A stretch of 64,000 nucleotides of DNA from Phallusia mammillata (Eukaryota), in contig OZ281500.1 of the NCBI GenBank assembly GCA_965637545.1, forward strand, positions 19,778,001 to 19,842,000, read 5' to 3'. Both the position numbers and the translations under genes were made by a program. The notes under the pieces are model-generated. The model searched no databases and was not told where the DNA came from. It was given only the letters and a program-made list of their open reading frames with translations. How positions within the stretch are numbered: position 1 is the first letter of the stretch; each line of letters starts with the position of its first letter. This document shows positions 48,319 through 62,400 of the stretch, piece after piece.

Positions 48319-50412
48319 TGTACAGGCTTATCACTTCAATCACTATATTTATTGACCTTCCTATACATAACTTGTGCAAAAACAATCGATTAGAAGTCGG
48401 ATGTCATGTTACTAGTCTACTGGTATCTAACCTAACAAAGTATTACCCCTTTATGGCACGAGCTGTACTTTTTTTTCTTTTTTGTGATGAACATTTGTTA
48501 TACACTCGCGTTATGTTAACGCTGATTTTTAGTTAGTCAAAATGTCATGGGAAAAAGTAGATTGGTTAGTGACGTACGAAAACATGCTAGGATCGATACA
48601 AAATTCATTAGCGTCAATGTTATAATCGATTGTGGTGGTAGAAATAACTGCAAAAAAAACAACATCACGTAGTAATAATTCTGACTTGCTGATTCAGCTA
48701 ACCTAACTCTTAACGTAAACAAACCTTGTGTACAAAACAAGCCCTAATTTTAAAACAAAACAGTTTTTTTAGTTGGTTTTTTGAAACTACTACCATCTTC
48801 CAAGACACCTGCCTTTTCCAAAGCGCCTACTTCGTCAGGTGGAAACGGAACTAAATTTCAGCCACACCTCAGTAATAACGCCACTGTTTGTCACGTAGCT
48901 TTCGTACTAAGACGCGAGTTTTAACCACAGTCAAGAGTGAAAATGGCAATTTAGAGCTAATTACAGACTGTATGATGTCATTAGAGCCAGAAAGTGCTAA
49001 TCAATTTATTAACATTCTGTGAAGCAGTTGTTTAACCGCAGTAAATGAAGAGCGGTTAAGACTTATTTGCCTGTGTCTCTTTAGTGAGTTCTGCTGCAAG
49101 CTTTGGGAAGTCAAACATAACTTTCGCAAATTTGAAACAAAGGCCCAACTGACACTTCTCTTTCTGAATATACAAAGGTAAACGGTGATACTCTTAACAG
49201 GAATTTACCCTTGTCCATTGAGAGCTATCGAAACTTTTATGCTTAACTTTTCTTACTTGTCAGTTATCACTAACATCTGCAACTGCAAACAACATTTAAT
49301 AATACACCAATTTCAAAACCGTGGTTTTTCACATGTCGAATTTGCCACACAAAAGCGGCCATAGCGCAACAAAACCACTTGCCTTTGGCTGAATGTTTCC
49401 CTTTTGCTGTACATGACAAGCTGGGCTTCTCGCCAGCTGAAAACTTTTTTAGGCATTAGTCCTCACGCTAACATGATAGCAGGTTTGTTTTGGAAACCTG
49501 TTACCTTTTATGCTGATGATTTTAAGCTGATTTGACTAGTCACGCTTACAAGGCAACCTATACACAATGCGTATAACCGGTCATGGCCAAAATCAATGTC
49601 TATCTTACTGCAACAATACGAAGACATATTAAAACGCGCAAAATATGTTTGTACTTAATATTGGGCATTAGGCTTGTTGACACGTAACAAAATTGTCGCT
49701 TTAATCTAATAATTCAGATTTGCGGAGACTGCTAATGCTTTCTTTTTAAACAAACAAACTCATCAAAAGATTAAAAAAAGACTCACTAATTTAAAATGTA
49801 CTTTATTTGTATTTATGATAAACTACCATAGAAATGAAACAGCGATTCATAAAAACCGAAAAAAATGTTAGTTGTTATTTATACCAGGTGATGTTTTGAA
49901 GAAAAAAACGTTTTTTTAATGTCACAATCAACAAGTTATAGTCTACAACTATCTACATGCCTAAAATTGGACGCTAAAAATTACACTCAAAATTTCGCCG
50001 TTGATTGGTTGGAATAAGAAACGGACGACATGACAATTAAGTATTACACAGTGAAGGTTGAGGCACAAAAACTGCATTACAGGATTGCTGGAGGACTTTT
50101 TAGCAGTGTATGAAGCAAAGGGGACAGCATACATTATGCAGTCATTGTGTGCTGAAGCATTTAGAGGTAGTGCAATAAAATTGAATTCACCCCTTTAATT
50201 AAACACTAAATGTACAGTGACGATAAAAGGATGGAAATGATATGAATAAACGCTACACTATGAACAAAGAATATGTCACATTGGTCTTGACCACCGATAA
50301 ATCTATATGAAGCACTAAGCGTGAACACACAATTAAGTAAAAATTACTCCAGTTTATCACAATAAACTGAGAAAAAAACTATTTACAATTTGACAGTACA
50401 GTTTTATAAACA

Positions 50413-53400
50413 TTAGACTTGGAGCAGAAGAGCTACACCGGCGAGAATCCATTTGGACTTTTTCTCTTTCGATTTGATGTTGAATGTCCAAATAAAAGTG
50501 GGACCACGTTCCCTTGTTCGATACAACGGACATTCGTACACGTTTTTGGTCTCTTGTCTGTCAATTGGAATCGCTTTGATAAACATCACAGGCACTGGAG
50601 CTGTTAATTCTTTCAGTTTAGCCTCCGCCAGCAAGCCTGAAAGAAATGATACCAATTTGAAAATGAACAAATAAAAATTAGTAAATCCCTAATGCTGGAA
50701 ATGCTGAGGGTAAATATGTCTTACAACTATGTAATTGTAACCGATGTGGCCCTTCATATCACTGATGATGGTAGGGCATTTGCCGAAACGTTTGAACAAT
50801 AAAGCATGTCGCTTTTTACGTCTATTTAGGCCAATATTTTTATCATTAAAGTCATGTAGATCTGCTTTAAAAAACGAATTCTTCTGGCCCATTTGTCCTG
50901 TGACGAGAAATAAGCCCCGAAACCGGCCCGAACCCGAAACTTTTCGAAAACAAAGGCCAAATTAGGCCCGGAAATATTATAAACCATTGTGAACACGGGG
51001 AGGTTGAGCTTAGCACTCAGCAAACTTGCGCTAAGCACTTGGCCAAGTTATAGACAAGTACCTGTTTGAGAATCCCACTTCGCTCCTTCGAGGTAAAGTC
51101 CATGAATGTAAGCTCCCTCTCTAGGTGGATGGCTGAAGTCGTCTTTTGATTTTTTAGTGATATCCACTGATAACACCATCTTGTCAAGTGGCCATTCGTT
51201 CTTACGGGCCATACTCTGTTGACGCAAAATTAGTTGTGACAGTTTTACTTGGGCGAAAAAAATAATTTAAACAAAATCTGTACATGCGAATGTACCAGAT
51301 GTAAAATAAAATACTCGTTTCTGCAAAGTTCACCTCAGAGCACGCCGAGCGTTTCAACATGGTTGTGGTAACAGGGCATTACATACATCTGTGTATTAGC
51401 GCTATTCGTAAAGATCGATTACCTTAAAGGTAGCTTAATGCTATTTAACATACCTGCATAATGGCTGTGAGGAAGGATTGAGGATTGAAGAGTCCACCAA
51501 GCCACACAACAGCTGGTAACATAAGATCGTGGGTCCATGTGTCAAGTTCACGACACCGTGCCAACAAATCCGCATACCTGCATAAATTCAACTCATATAA
51601 TACAATACAAATATACCTTTACTAGTTAAGAGTTAGTTAAATAAATTTAACTTATCAGGAACCAAGAAACCGTAGTCCTCATATTAAACTGTTAGCTTCT
51701 AATGCTACATTAGGCACACAATTTTTAAAAAATGCCCTTTGTTTTTTTCAAATCTGGGCAAAATTTTATGATTCCGATTCCGGTTTAAAGTGATTGGTAG
51801 AGCTACTAACACAAGAACTCACAGACAGGCCTGCTAAATTTCAAAAGGTGCCGCAACGTATCATAGGCTTTTACTATGGCAATAATTGCTGACTCAGCAA
51901 ATTGCTAAGCAATTATTGCCATTGTAAAAGCCTATGCTCCGTTGGAAATTAGCAAGCCTGTCTGTGAGTTCTTGTGTTAGTAAATTTTCCAAAGTGGTTT
52001 GGAGAAATTGAACCATAGGCCTTACCATAGGCCAAGTCCATCCAATGACGGATAGGCAATTTTTGTCCATGAAACTGGAACTTTATCAAGGAAGAGAGCG
52101 TTTTGAATTTCTTCCATTTCAGCAGATATTGTCAGTTCCCCTTTCAATCCGAGGTCAAGTTCCTTTAAGGAGCGTCTATAAAACGTGATATGTTATAAGT
52201 TCATTTATCGAGTGAATCGAAAACCTCCATTGACATTTAAGGTGAACATAAATTCGTAACTGGGATCAGCTCTGAAGTATCCATGCAGACCAGCGATCCC
52301 GAAATACACATTCATAAATTACAGTACGGTACACCGAATCAGCCGATTACCAAGCATTCCCATATGGCAAAGCGAAGGCTAGAAAAATCTATCCTGCGGT
52401 GGGATTTGAACCCACGTCATGAGTCGACAGGAGTCAACTCATAAACAGGTTTGTTTAAATAACGAAATGGTACTGTTTTAACCAGGGGTGCGCAAACTGC
52501 GGCCCGCGGGCCAAATGGGGGAGATTAATAAGAGGTTTTGCGGCCCGCAGAGACGCTTGGATTTCAAACGTATACTGGCAAACGAGTCCAATTATTAAAC
52601 ATTTTTGAGCTGATTAATGTGTTTTTTCTGCGACTTGACAATAATGCGGCTAGAATTATATGCGAATTTTGGTTGTAATTGTTAACTCATTATAGGCATA
52701 TTTGGTATGCATTGCAACAAAGTAAAATCACCTTGTCTTATACAAAGGTGCAGCCCGCGATCTAATCACGGTAATTGTATTTGGCCCACAGTGAAAAAGA
52801 TTTTACACCCCTGGTTTAAACATACATAGAGTATCTAATTTGCTCTATTAATTGTTTTAAAACTGCACATAGTAAACTTTCCATTTAAAATTTGGAAATG
52901 CCACAAGAACTTAAAGTTAGATTTTTGTCAGTTGGTTTTAGTTGCAAAATTGCCTTTATTTGTAATGTTATTTACCTGATTTCCCTGACGAGGATATTCA
53001 TTCTCTCACACTCTTGGAAGCAGACAAGGATGTAAGGGGATCTCTCCAGAGTCTTCGCCATGATCTCACTCATCACAAACTCCTCCGGGAGTCGCTCTAA
53101 GATCTCATCCAAGGTTCCCTTCACCATTTCTTCCATAGTGGATCCTCTTTCCCCTGTTTGTGCTCCTTCACGTGGCTGCATCTCCAGAACGATCTGGAAG
53201 AGCTGGTTGGAGGTTACGGTGAGGATTCCAACCTCTGCATTCGGATGCAAGCCATAGAGGATCGGACTCTCGGGAGGAAGCATCTCGTCAACATATTTGT
53301 GGTATCCCTTGTAATCGAGGTTGGGAGGAACAGGGAATCCAGGGCAAAGGTATAACTCGTTGTCAAGCTGCGAGTGAAAAAATAATATACCGGAAGTGAA

Positions 53401-56400
53401 AAAATAATATACCGGAAGTGAAAAAATAATATACCGGAAATTATAAACAACTCATCCGATGTTTTGATTTGGGATGTTTTCATCAGGGTAATATCACACT
53501 ATTTCCAACACAAACGTTCTTATAATACCACACGGGGTGAAAACAGAAGGAAACTGGCACAGACAGGGAAAGGGTGATTGCAAATATGAAGTGTTGTCTG
53601 ATTCATTGCTATTTAGTCATATTTCCTCTTATGCACCTCATATAACTATTACCGCAACCCCATGCGTGTATGTCATTGGTGTAACAGCTAACGGGCTATT
53701 TTTTACCGGTAAGAAATAGAATGTTAGCTGCAAAAGAGACATGCAAAAGTGACTTAATATTTTACAAAAGAACAATACTGTTTTATGTTAATCTCATGCA
53801 CTTTGTTAATTACTGACGTGTATACAATTTGGTGGAAAAGCGCCGGTGTACTTTTTTACATCGTGCATTTCCCAAGCATGTTTGAATCACATTTTTGTTT
53901 TTTAATAAACACCAAAAATAGTGTGCGGTCTCCTACTGTTATTCACCTACAAACATATACAATTTTATTAAATGTGTAAAACAAAGCGTTATTCAAATAT
54001 TTTTCTCGTTCTTGACGGAAATGCTTTTATCATATCGATGTACTTTCGACATTATAACCCACCTGCTCTTGATCCATGTAAACTTCCAGATAAGTTTTGC
54101 ATAGGATTCTGTCCCAGTCATCAGTAATGTGGCCTCCGTACATTATCTGACCGAACAGATATCGCAGGTCAGTCCACGGAACCTAAAAAAGCAGTGAATA
54201 TTGTTTACGCCATGTGTGCCATGAAAAATAAACCCGGTCCTTGCATTAGATAAAATACGTACCTTTGGATTCACTTCTAAGTAGTTGTAAAGCACGTTGA
54301 CGGAGATTGTCAGATCGCCGGTGTTGAATGGATAGCTGCGGTTCCAGCCCTGGTAAAGAGGTAAATCTTACATATCACTTTGGATTTTAATTACATTCGA
54401 CCTATGCGCAAAACCGGTTTATTTTGGAATCGAAAACTTATTTGCCACGATTTTACAGAAAACGCACAGAGGTTTAATATTAAGGGTTAACAATTGGTAA
54501 AAACTCCAGCTTGGCGTGGTTTATCGCGGAAATAATGTTGCTTTGAACAGTTTTTGTAGGTTACTATCGCCTGTCCATCCATCAAATCGTTTTGAACCGA
54601 AACTGGAAACGTAAATTTGTGCACAGTTTTTGAATTATTCATTTGTGCTGAAGAAATAGATTTGGAAAGTCGCTATTGTCAGTGCTGTTTTAAAAATAAA
54701 AAGCTCACACTTGGTCCTGTTCAAAAACGAAAAATATTTGATACCTGTGGACCAAACTTTCGTCTTTCTGCCACAGCTGAATGGAAATAACAAAGTGAGA
54801 AGAGAATGGATTTAAACTCAGTCTCTCTGACGCACATTTCTAGCGTGTCCTGCAATTATGAAAACAAGTGTTACAAAAAAGAAGCCCGAACCTCAGTTTC
54901 AGATTTATAACGACAGCATGCAACCCCATTATATATGCAAACCCATGTGGATGTTCAGTGCTAAAAACCAAGCTCGAATTTGATCCGAAGTTGGTAAAAT
55001 TACGGCCCAAGTGTGAAGTCAGGACAGAATCAAGCCCGTTTTATTTAAACTTTATACCGAACCTGACCAAAAATCCCGGCCCGACGTATGGTAGAGCCAC
55101 TAACATTAGAACTCATAACAGAGAAGGTATATAAATACCGATAGATGGCGTAAAGAGTACAGTCATTTAAATTAACAATGAGATTGGGATTTTTTAGAGA
55201 TAAATGGTTAAAAGTGCTCTTCGCCCCACCTATCAAAAATTAGCTAATGTGGGTCTGTATGATGTTAGTAGCTCTACCGTGGGTTACCATTTAAAAATAA
55301 ACAAAAACAATTTAATCAAAACAAATTACCTGGTTAAAATTATCTAGAGCGGCGTGCAGATTGGCATGCATTCCAGTTGGTGGTTCGCTCGTAATTTTGA
55401 TTGAGTTTTCCAAGATGCCTTGTGGTATTATATGGGACTCGTGTGTTACTGGTGGCTCGGCACTGATAAAGACTCGGTAATCTTCGTGTGCGTTTTCCGC
55501 ATTCCTTTCTACCACCTGCTCCAAGCGAGGAAGCCATTTTGCTGTAAAGCATTGAACAAATCTGTTAAGTCGACATGAACTTATGAAATTTAAATATGAA
55601 ATTCCGTTGTTTGAAATAGTCAAAACGTCGATTTTAAGTTTACAGGTTTACGACCTATAATAGTTTTTTAGTAGTAAGGAATGATTTATAGTTGGGCATT
55701 AGTGCCTGCAGGTGCCTTGCTAGTTAACAATGTGCAAAAAGTAGCTTGACATAAACATCAATGTCGTTTCACTTACCAACAAGATGGACGTTTTGCAATA
55801 TGACCCAGTGACCCTTCTCCGCAGCGACCTCCAGTGCTTGTTCAGCTACAACCTCCTGACCCTGACCGAGAGACACGCTGTGGAAATTATCCTGATCGGC
55901 TGAATATCCCAATCGCTTGCCTGGAGACAAAACATTTGTGTCAACAAATATGAAAAACATACTTGAACAAAACTACATGCATTTAAAACTACACTGGACC
56001 TTCTAGGTCGAAAACAGTGACCGTTTTTTCTTTTTGATTAAAAACAACGAAAGCTAGTAAAAATGCAACAGAAATAAAGCGCGAATCAAGAATAAAAACC
56101 CGTTTTATGGTCAAACTTTTCGATCGAAACCCGACACAAAAAGTCCTTCCCTACTGACAACACTGATGCAGAAACCGTTGAGAGAGCTACATTTCATTCT
56201 ATTTTAGTCTGTAAGTTGTTTACATTCTTTTTAGGGACAAATAAGTAACTCATTTTAAACAATCATAGTAGGCCAGGCCTATTGAAGACGTTATCCCACC
56301 ACAGGCTAATTTTTTCTAGCCTACGCCTTGCCATATGAGAATGCATTAACGCTTTAGGGCTTATCTTGGTTATGGATTTATGTTTATCTTAACCGATTTT

Positions 56401-59400
56401 AAACCAATAAAGTAAACCAACCAACCTAAGGCTTCAACGTTCTTTAACGGATCTACTCCAGGTGACAGGACAAAGAACAAAGGAATGCTTTTCGAACTTT
56501 CTTCAAATGTTTTCATGAATTCGATTCCTCGGTTTTCAACATATTTCGATCCCAGCTGTTGCTCGATGAAATTTCTGCGCACAAAATTCTACTTGCGACC
56601 AAATTCAAAATTTCCTACGTGAAACCTCAAATTTTTCTAACTTCAAACAAATACTAAGATTTAATCACTATTCTTGAGGTTCTTAAATAAGAGCAGTGGA
56701 CGATTCAGGCCATGGACAACCAGCTCAATTAAAATAATTTCGTAGACCATTCCAATTTAGAGTAAGGATAGAGTAATTAGCATACACAACCAGCATTTTG
56801 GCTTGAAATATGCTTCCTTAAAACAGAATTTTGAGAAGTGATATTTAAAAACAGCTAACAAGAAAAAGCCATTTATTAAGACAAAATGTTTTCCACTAAA
56901 TATTCCATAAATTATATGCAACCATTTTCAGTTTATGACCAAATATAGCGGATTGTTGTAGACCACCCAAAAAGTATTTATGGACCACTGGTTGTGAGCC
57001 ACTAAGTTCGACGTTGCCTAACATCCTTTCGACAAATACTTTTCAAACATTAAATGGCCAAAATACAGCATTAAGATGCCAAAATATTTGCTACATATGA
57101 CAGTTACCTAAGCGAGTAAGTCATTCTGTCGGGTCGCAGAGTACGTAAGATGCACATTTGTTGAACTGGAGGTTTCGTTTTCCACTCCTGAGGTAACTTC
57201 TCCTTCTCTGGTGCTTCACTGTCCACCAATTTCTTCCATCTCTTCGGCGATCCTTCAATGTCACGGTCAAGGTTGAGAAACTCGTCCAGAATTGACATTG
57301 CCTTGATAACTCCCCACGCCTATACAAATAACCACAGATTTCAGTCCAGCACAGAGCTTCTTAAATATTTTTTCTTGGTTTGTTCTAAAGCAGATTTTAA
57401 ATAAAAAAGGTACCTCAAAGTTTTTTACACACCAATTGCGCATACCTATTTTTGCCGACTTAAACGTACCCCTTAAATCATGTCTTCTTTTGCCCTGTTT
57501 TTTTACCATCATTTGCCTAATATTTTTATTTTTTCAAGTATTTTCCCCTTGGGGTAATCTCTGGTCAAGAGCAGTGTTTGCCGATTTTTTTAGTTTGCGG
57601 CAGAATAAACAATTGTTTTTTATTCGACGATACTTATTTTCGGCACACTTTGAACAAATACTGTTTAAAATCCCAGGCAAACTAATTGCTATTAAATTAA
57701 ACTGCTAAACAAATACAATGAACAAAGTACTTGGTTGGTGAGGAAGTCGACAGGGCTTGTCATTGGTTGACTGGTGGGAAATCGAAGTAACGTCTCAAGA
57801 TCACGTGTATCAAGGTCACCACGCATTTGCAACACTTGAAAGGCGACCTGTAAGTTAAGAAATATTGTTTGAACTTTAGCCACAAATACAAATCTATCTA
57901 CAACTACAACCAGAAGGAACATTCCAGCTACATTTTAGTATTAGAGTATAAGTATTAGAAGAAGACAATACAAAAATACATATATTTTCATAACAAATTG
58001 ACATTTTCGCTACAATTCAGTATTAAGAGAAAAATTAAAACAGCTTTCAAGAAGAACTTCGACAATATACTGGAATCTAGTAAATATTGGTCGCAATCGA
58101 ATTGTGTTCACAAGATCACAAGATCACCTTATCTTAGCCACTTGGGTTTCTTGATAAACTAAGTCGTAAAAATTAAATCATAAGATTTAGACAGTAAAAT
58201 GGCAAACGATCCCCACGGGGGTCGCGCCCTATTGGTAAAACCACTTCTCTAAACCAAAGGAATTAATCGGTCGATCTAAATAAAATCACCACGTTCAAAG
58301 TGAAAAAAAAATCAAAAAACTGTTCAACGGACTTGCAATAGAACAGGCAGCTCGACTGCAGACTCATTGTGATCATAACACTTTCGGGCGTCGCCTGCCT
58401 AGCGAGGATAAAAACAAAACAAGTAACGGACTTACCAGGGCTGTAAAAATAAGCTTGTCCTTTTCGAACAATCCACGACTGGTGTAAGCGAACGTTTCAT
58501 ACGTCACAGTGTCTATGAGATTAGTGACGCGTTCATCCACGCTATCAAACTGTGGAGTGAGCTCAATTGCACGAAGAAAAACAACGCTGAATGCCTATGA
58601 AGAGGTTGCTTTGTTAAAAAAAGTATATATTTGACAGGAAAAAACATAGCATCCTATAATGTGTGTTGCACTGCATTATTATTTGCAAACTTAAAAAATG
58701 ACTAGGTGATAAGGTAAGCAAAAACATTTAATGTAAGGGTCGAAAATCCCGTCCCAAGGTAAGCACTGGAGGTGATCTATTGTCGAGACTAAAACTATTC
58801 TACTGCTTGTTTTCACTTTGCTGTGATTAAATGGTCTGCATTTAACTTGCTATTTAGATCAAATGGCAAAAACCGCTATGAAACTATAACCATTTTAACA
58901 TAACAAGTAAATTGACAACGTTAACGAGTTGACTTAATTCAAATTGTACAACTCCTATTGCAGTGTTCTTCGCGATGTCTACTATCGAATATTATGACTG
59001 CCTACCTTCAAAGAGAATTGGTAGATTGGGTTGATTTTGTGAAGATCGTTGAGTATGAAGTAAAGCAGAGAAGCACGTGATGCCACAGGTCGGTAGTGTT
59101 CCCTTGCCTCGTTTATTTTCACTTCGTTTCGTTTCGCTTCTTGGACTTTTACCTGCAGGAAAAAAATTAAGACAAGTAAACCTTTTTGCATAACATCAAG
59201 CACCACTAAAACTATGATATGATGGCATGTACATTAATAGGGGTCTTGGTAGAATGCAGATAAAATAGTCGCTTGGAATGCATGACTACTTCTTATCATA
59301 GCATTGTAGAAGGCACTGGTTTTCAATTGGTGGTTCATGAAAATATTTTGAGTGGTCCACTATATTTGGAAAAGTTTCCGGAAATTTTAGCATATATCCG

Positions 59401-62400
59401 TAAAAGTATAAAATGATAGTTCAGTTTGGAACACTATATACGGATCTGTTCATAAGTTAAATGATGAAAAGAACGGCCCTAGTTTAGTTTAAACCAGTGG
59501 TTCCCAACCTTTGGTGGACCGTGGCCCTCTAAAAGTCACATTTTGGCCTCGTGGCCCTTTAAGTAACCCTGAAGGACCTGTGGCCCCCTTGTAAAATGTA
59601 AAAGGCAATCTCGTGCTGGAATTCGGTACTAATTTCGGCTTTAAACAGGTCGAATAGAGTAACGCAACGAGAAAAACCTCAATATAGACAAATAGTATGT
59701 GAAATAGTCGATTGAATTAGGAAAAAAAGTTAAAAAGAAAATCGCTTTTAGTGGGTGTTTCTTGTGAATCTACACCCGTGGCCCCTCGGAACACAGCTCA
59801 TGGGCCCTGGTTGGGAACCACTGGTTTAAACTTTAGGCTGTCAGTTATTTAATGTGATTTCTATTTTGAACAGGTATATTTTTCACAAAACTGCCTGTTA
59901 AGAAAGCTTACTTTATCTTTACTCAATAGTAAAATAATCCACGATTTGTTTTGGTGGTCCATGGCCCGAAGTAAGTTGAGCACCCCTTGATTAAGGCATT
60001 AGCCAAGTAAGACCATAAACTCATGTATGTCAATTACAGTCTTTAACAAGATTACCTCAATCTCCTCCGAGGTTCTCTTCGTGTGTTCCAAGTTCTCGAC
60101 AAGTTCTGTGTCTCCCAGAAAGTTTCCCTCGGCAGCGGAAAGTCTGCTCAGCAAGTTGTCTTCAAGTCGTTTCAACGTGATCTTAAAGTCGTTCTGCTGC
60201 TTCGTAAGGTCAACCTGTGACAGAAAAAAATACTCATGACACTGTTACATCTCATGACGTCACATGATTACGTTTACGCAAACTTTGCCAAAATGTATTT
60301 TTATTCCGACGTTTCGGCCCTTTTCAATCACGCGGTATCACAAGGTCACCGTATTGATTTTAATGCGGCGTCTGTTGTGGCCCGAGAGCCTGACTACAGG
60401 AAAAGACTATTTCTTGAGTCATGGAATATTCACCAACGGGGCAAAACAATGAACATCAAAACAGACGTGATGCTTTCAGCGTGCTACAGGCTGGTTAAAG
60501 ATTAGAGGCCCTAATTTTTCTCAAATAGGCTTGAACAAACTTTAGTTGTGACAACCTATGTATCTTGCTTTGGTGCTTTCTACGCCAGGGGGTAAACGTA
60601 CCCCTGTCTTAGGGGCAACGTTAAGTTGGTCCTCACAAAAACGCCCTGGTTTACTCCGTGAACTAACCTTGAGTTGTTCGAGGTCAGGTCGTTCAGTCCT
60701 GACCACATTCGCTAACAGTTGATCTTCCAAACCATCTCTTGTCACAGTGAAGTTGATGAGTGTGCTCTGGGCTTGCATCTCTGGTTTATAGTGAGGATTG
60801 GCCAGTTTTGTTTGTAAGATCAACCTGTAAATTCACCACAGTTGTAAAATCTCTGTGAAAATCGTAACTTGGATTCCATTTAGATTGCACACAGTTATAA
60901 GCACATATTTCTTTTAGTTGCACAAGAACCTTGTAAAAAAAGGTTAGCAAAATGGGGATAAAATTAGTCTGAAACGTCTGCACTACGATTTTGCAACGGG
61001 CATTCAAATACTAAGCAGAAAAAAAATGTTCTACTTGAAGTCAGGGTGATATTCGCATTCTTTGTCGCCGATCTTAATGTATTTTCCCTTCTTGATGGTA
61101 TTTCTTCCCAACAAAGGCTCCAAAACTGGATCAATGCTTTCACCAATGTTCTCGATTAAAACCTTTTCACCTAAAAAGCGTGCAAAGCATTGTTTTTTTT
61201 TGCCATACCAATACTTTAAATCAGGGGTTATTAACCAACAAGCACCCAAGAAACAAAGGTTCTTATGGGCCCATATGCGACAAAAAATCAGCAATATGAT
61301 CTTTACGACAATCTTTAACCAGCAACATCAATAGTTCACCACAGAATACGCAAAAAAAACTTTCTTTTAGTCTGTAATGTTGTCAATTACCACAATTTTC
61401 AAAAAAAACAACTCTTTATTTCATCAGACACTGCAGACACGGGGTACGAACAAATTACAACAAAACTTTAAGAGTTCCATCGCAAAAAAGGTTAAGAACC
61501 ACTGCTTCAATTAATTGTTTATAAATAAAAATAAATTAAAAACATTTACCTTCGGACAAACACTTTTCGATGACGTCAAGGTATCCCTTTTGTCCCATCT
61601 GAACAATTCGCAAATCGTCACCATAATGACCTTTGATCCACTTAATTCCCTGCAGAAATAAAACGCGTTTAAAATTGACTTATGTCCACCCTCTTACATC
61701 TTCCAAAAACTGAGGCTAGATTTTTTGACGCTGACAGACAAAGGTGTATGTGATTCAACTTTCGACATGCTTAACAGCAAGTTTGCGTTGCTCAGTTGGT
61801 AAAGCGCCAGTTCAGGAAAGTCTGCGGGTCGTGGGTTCGAATCCTACCGCGGGTTAGATTTTTACAATGGTAATACCTGGAGTTGAGGGTCGACAATTAG
61901 AGGCCATCGCTTGCAGTTGGATAAGATTGCGGCGTTTTCACTCGACATGCGATCCGACGGCAGTCCTTCATTGTTCCATGACGCAATAGTGGCGTCATCA
62001 ACAAGCAGATCGATGGGGTCCAAGCCTAAAATGAAAGTTGCAGTCAAATTCACGGAACATTTTCATTTCGATTTTCGCAAAGTTTGATGCCAAAAAATAA
62101 CCTCAACCAGGGAATATTAGTCAAGCTTGCAAAAAAATAACTTGGGCATAAGTTTTGACATTCCTTGAGACATGAAAAGCTGTTTTTTCCAGACTCGTCA
62201 ATAGTGTACTGCTATTACCATATAATCAAAGCACCCATGTTGCTAACAAACACAACGCTTAAACTTTTTTGTTTTTGCAACAATTTTGCAGCATTAATTT
62301 GTTACGAAAAGCAAGCAGGTAAACTTTAACTTCGAAACTGCATAAGTGTTTTAAAGAGAAGGGGTAACTTTAGGTCACGGACAACAGCAAGGTTTACCTT

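Noticed and set aside
51340-51385. Possible degenerate hammerhead/PLE terminus on - (..TTGAAACGCTCGG)
   Set aside because: No CUGANGA core and no second copy to support it.
61781-61853. Functional tRNA gene (also 31044-31115 on -)
   Set aside because: The anticodon arm does not pair in any copy and the copies are mutually diverged repeats; treated as a transposon-borne tRNA-like cassette.
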